A DNA stretch of 64,000 nt from an uncultured Actinomycetota bacterium (lineage in GTDB: Bacteria > Actinomycetota > Actinomycetes > Propionibacteriales > Nocardioidaceae), in the NCBI GenBank assembly GCA_963815825.1, contig CAWFII010000016.1:14932-78931 (forward strand). The letters are read 5' to 3'. The notes under the pieces were generated by a model, which did not search any database, was not told where the DNA came from, and saw only the letters and a list, made by a program, of their open reading frames with translations. The translations under genes were made by a program, and so were the position numbers. Of the stretch, positions 63,724-64,000 are shown piece by piece; within the stretch, counting starts at the first letter, position 1; each line of letters starts with the position of its first letter.

Positions 63724-64000
63724 CTACTTCACACCCATGGCGGTGTAGTCGTAGTAGCCGTACGCCTCGTTGACGAACACGTTGGTCGCGTTCTTCGATC
63801 GGAGGAGCACTGCCTTGGCGTAGACGCCCGGGTAGATGACTGCTTCCTCCATGACTCGCTTGTCAATGGCGCCCCAGATGGCGTCGCGCTTGTCGGTGTC
63901 GAGCTCGACGATGGCCTGGTCGATCATCTTGTCCACCTCGGGAATGCGGACCGAGGTGTTGGACGAGCCACCGGTCTCCCGGATGACCCGGCTGTCGACG
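63724..64000 (-). CDS. Oligopeptide-binding lipoprotein (family 5, BldKB-like), C-terminal part only
   Basis: VDKMIDQAIVELDTDKRDAIWGAIDKRVMEE...YDYTAMGVK; upstream of permease and two ATPases. Confidence 0.8.
   Translation of the reverse strand, partial: VDSRVIRETGGSSNTSVRIPEVDKMIDQAIVELDTDKRDAIWGAIDKRVMEEAVIYPGVYAKAVLLRSKNATNVFVNEAYGYYDYTAMGVK

Noticed and set aside
62604-63724. Apparent missing second permease (oppC) in the peptide ABC operon
   Set aside because: In the BldK-type order that permease precedes the binding protein, so it would lie beyond the window end. Not a deletion.

Overview
High-GC (about 70% by eye) actinobacterial chromosome, Nocardioidaceae-like (Nocardioides/Marmoricola; inferred from gene content and order). 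The backbone is housekeeping: a dispersed purine cluster (purM, F, L, Q, S, C, B, D, A, all minus strand), the DUF3151-fbaA-TrmH-dedA-pyrE-clpB block, dnaK-grpE-dnaJ-hspR with HspR (HAIR) operators, zwf, and the 3' part of a BldK-order oligopeptide ABC importer. Accessory DNA sits between these genes. The best novel signal is a pair of tiny genes absent from the ORF track (18693-18842 minus, 46881-47021 plus), 28 kb apart. Each encodes a signal-peptide-like N-terminus and the identical C-terminus QKAILKAIL-stop, written with different synonymous codons, so they are candidate secreted signalling or amphipathic peptides. Second, two orphan AbiEi/DUF559-like nuclease genes are flanked by REP-like hairpins (one by perfect 23-bp inverted repeats) and share a 9-mer exactly 79 nt upstream of their starts. 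Third, a two-component system has a readable TCAGGT-N5-TCAGGT box in front of three polyprenol-phosphate/envelope loci. No rRNA, tRNA, CRISPR array or transposase was found. All family assignments come from motif recognition, not database searches.
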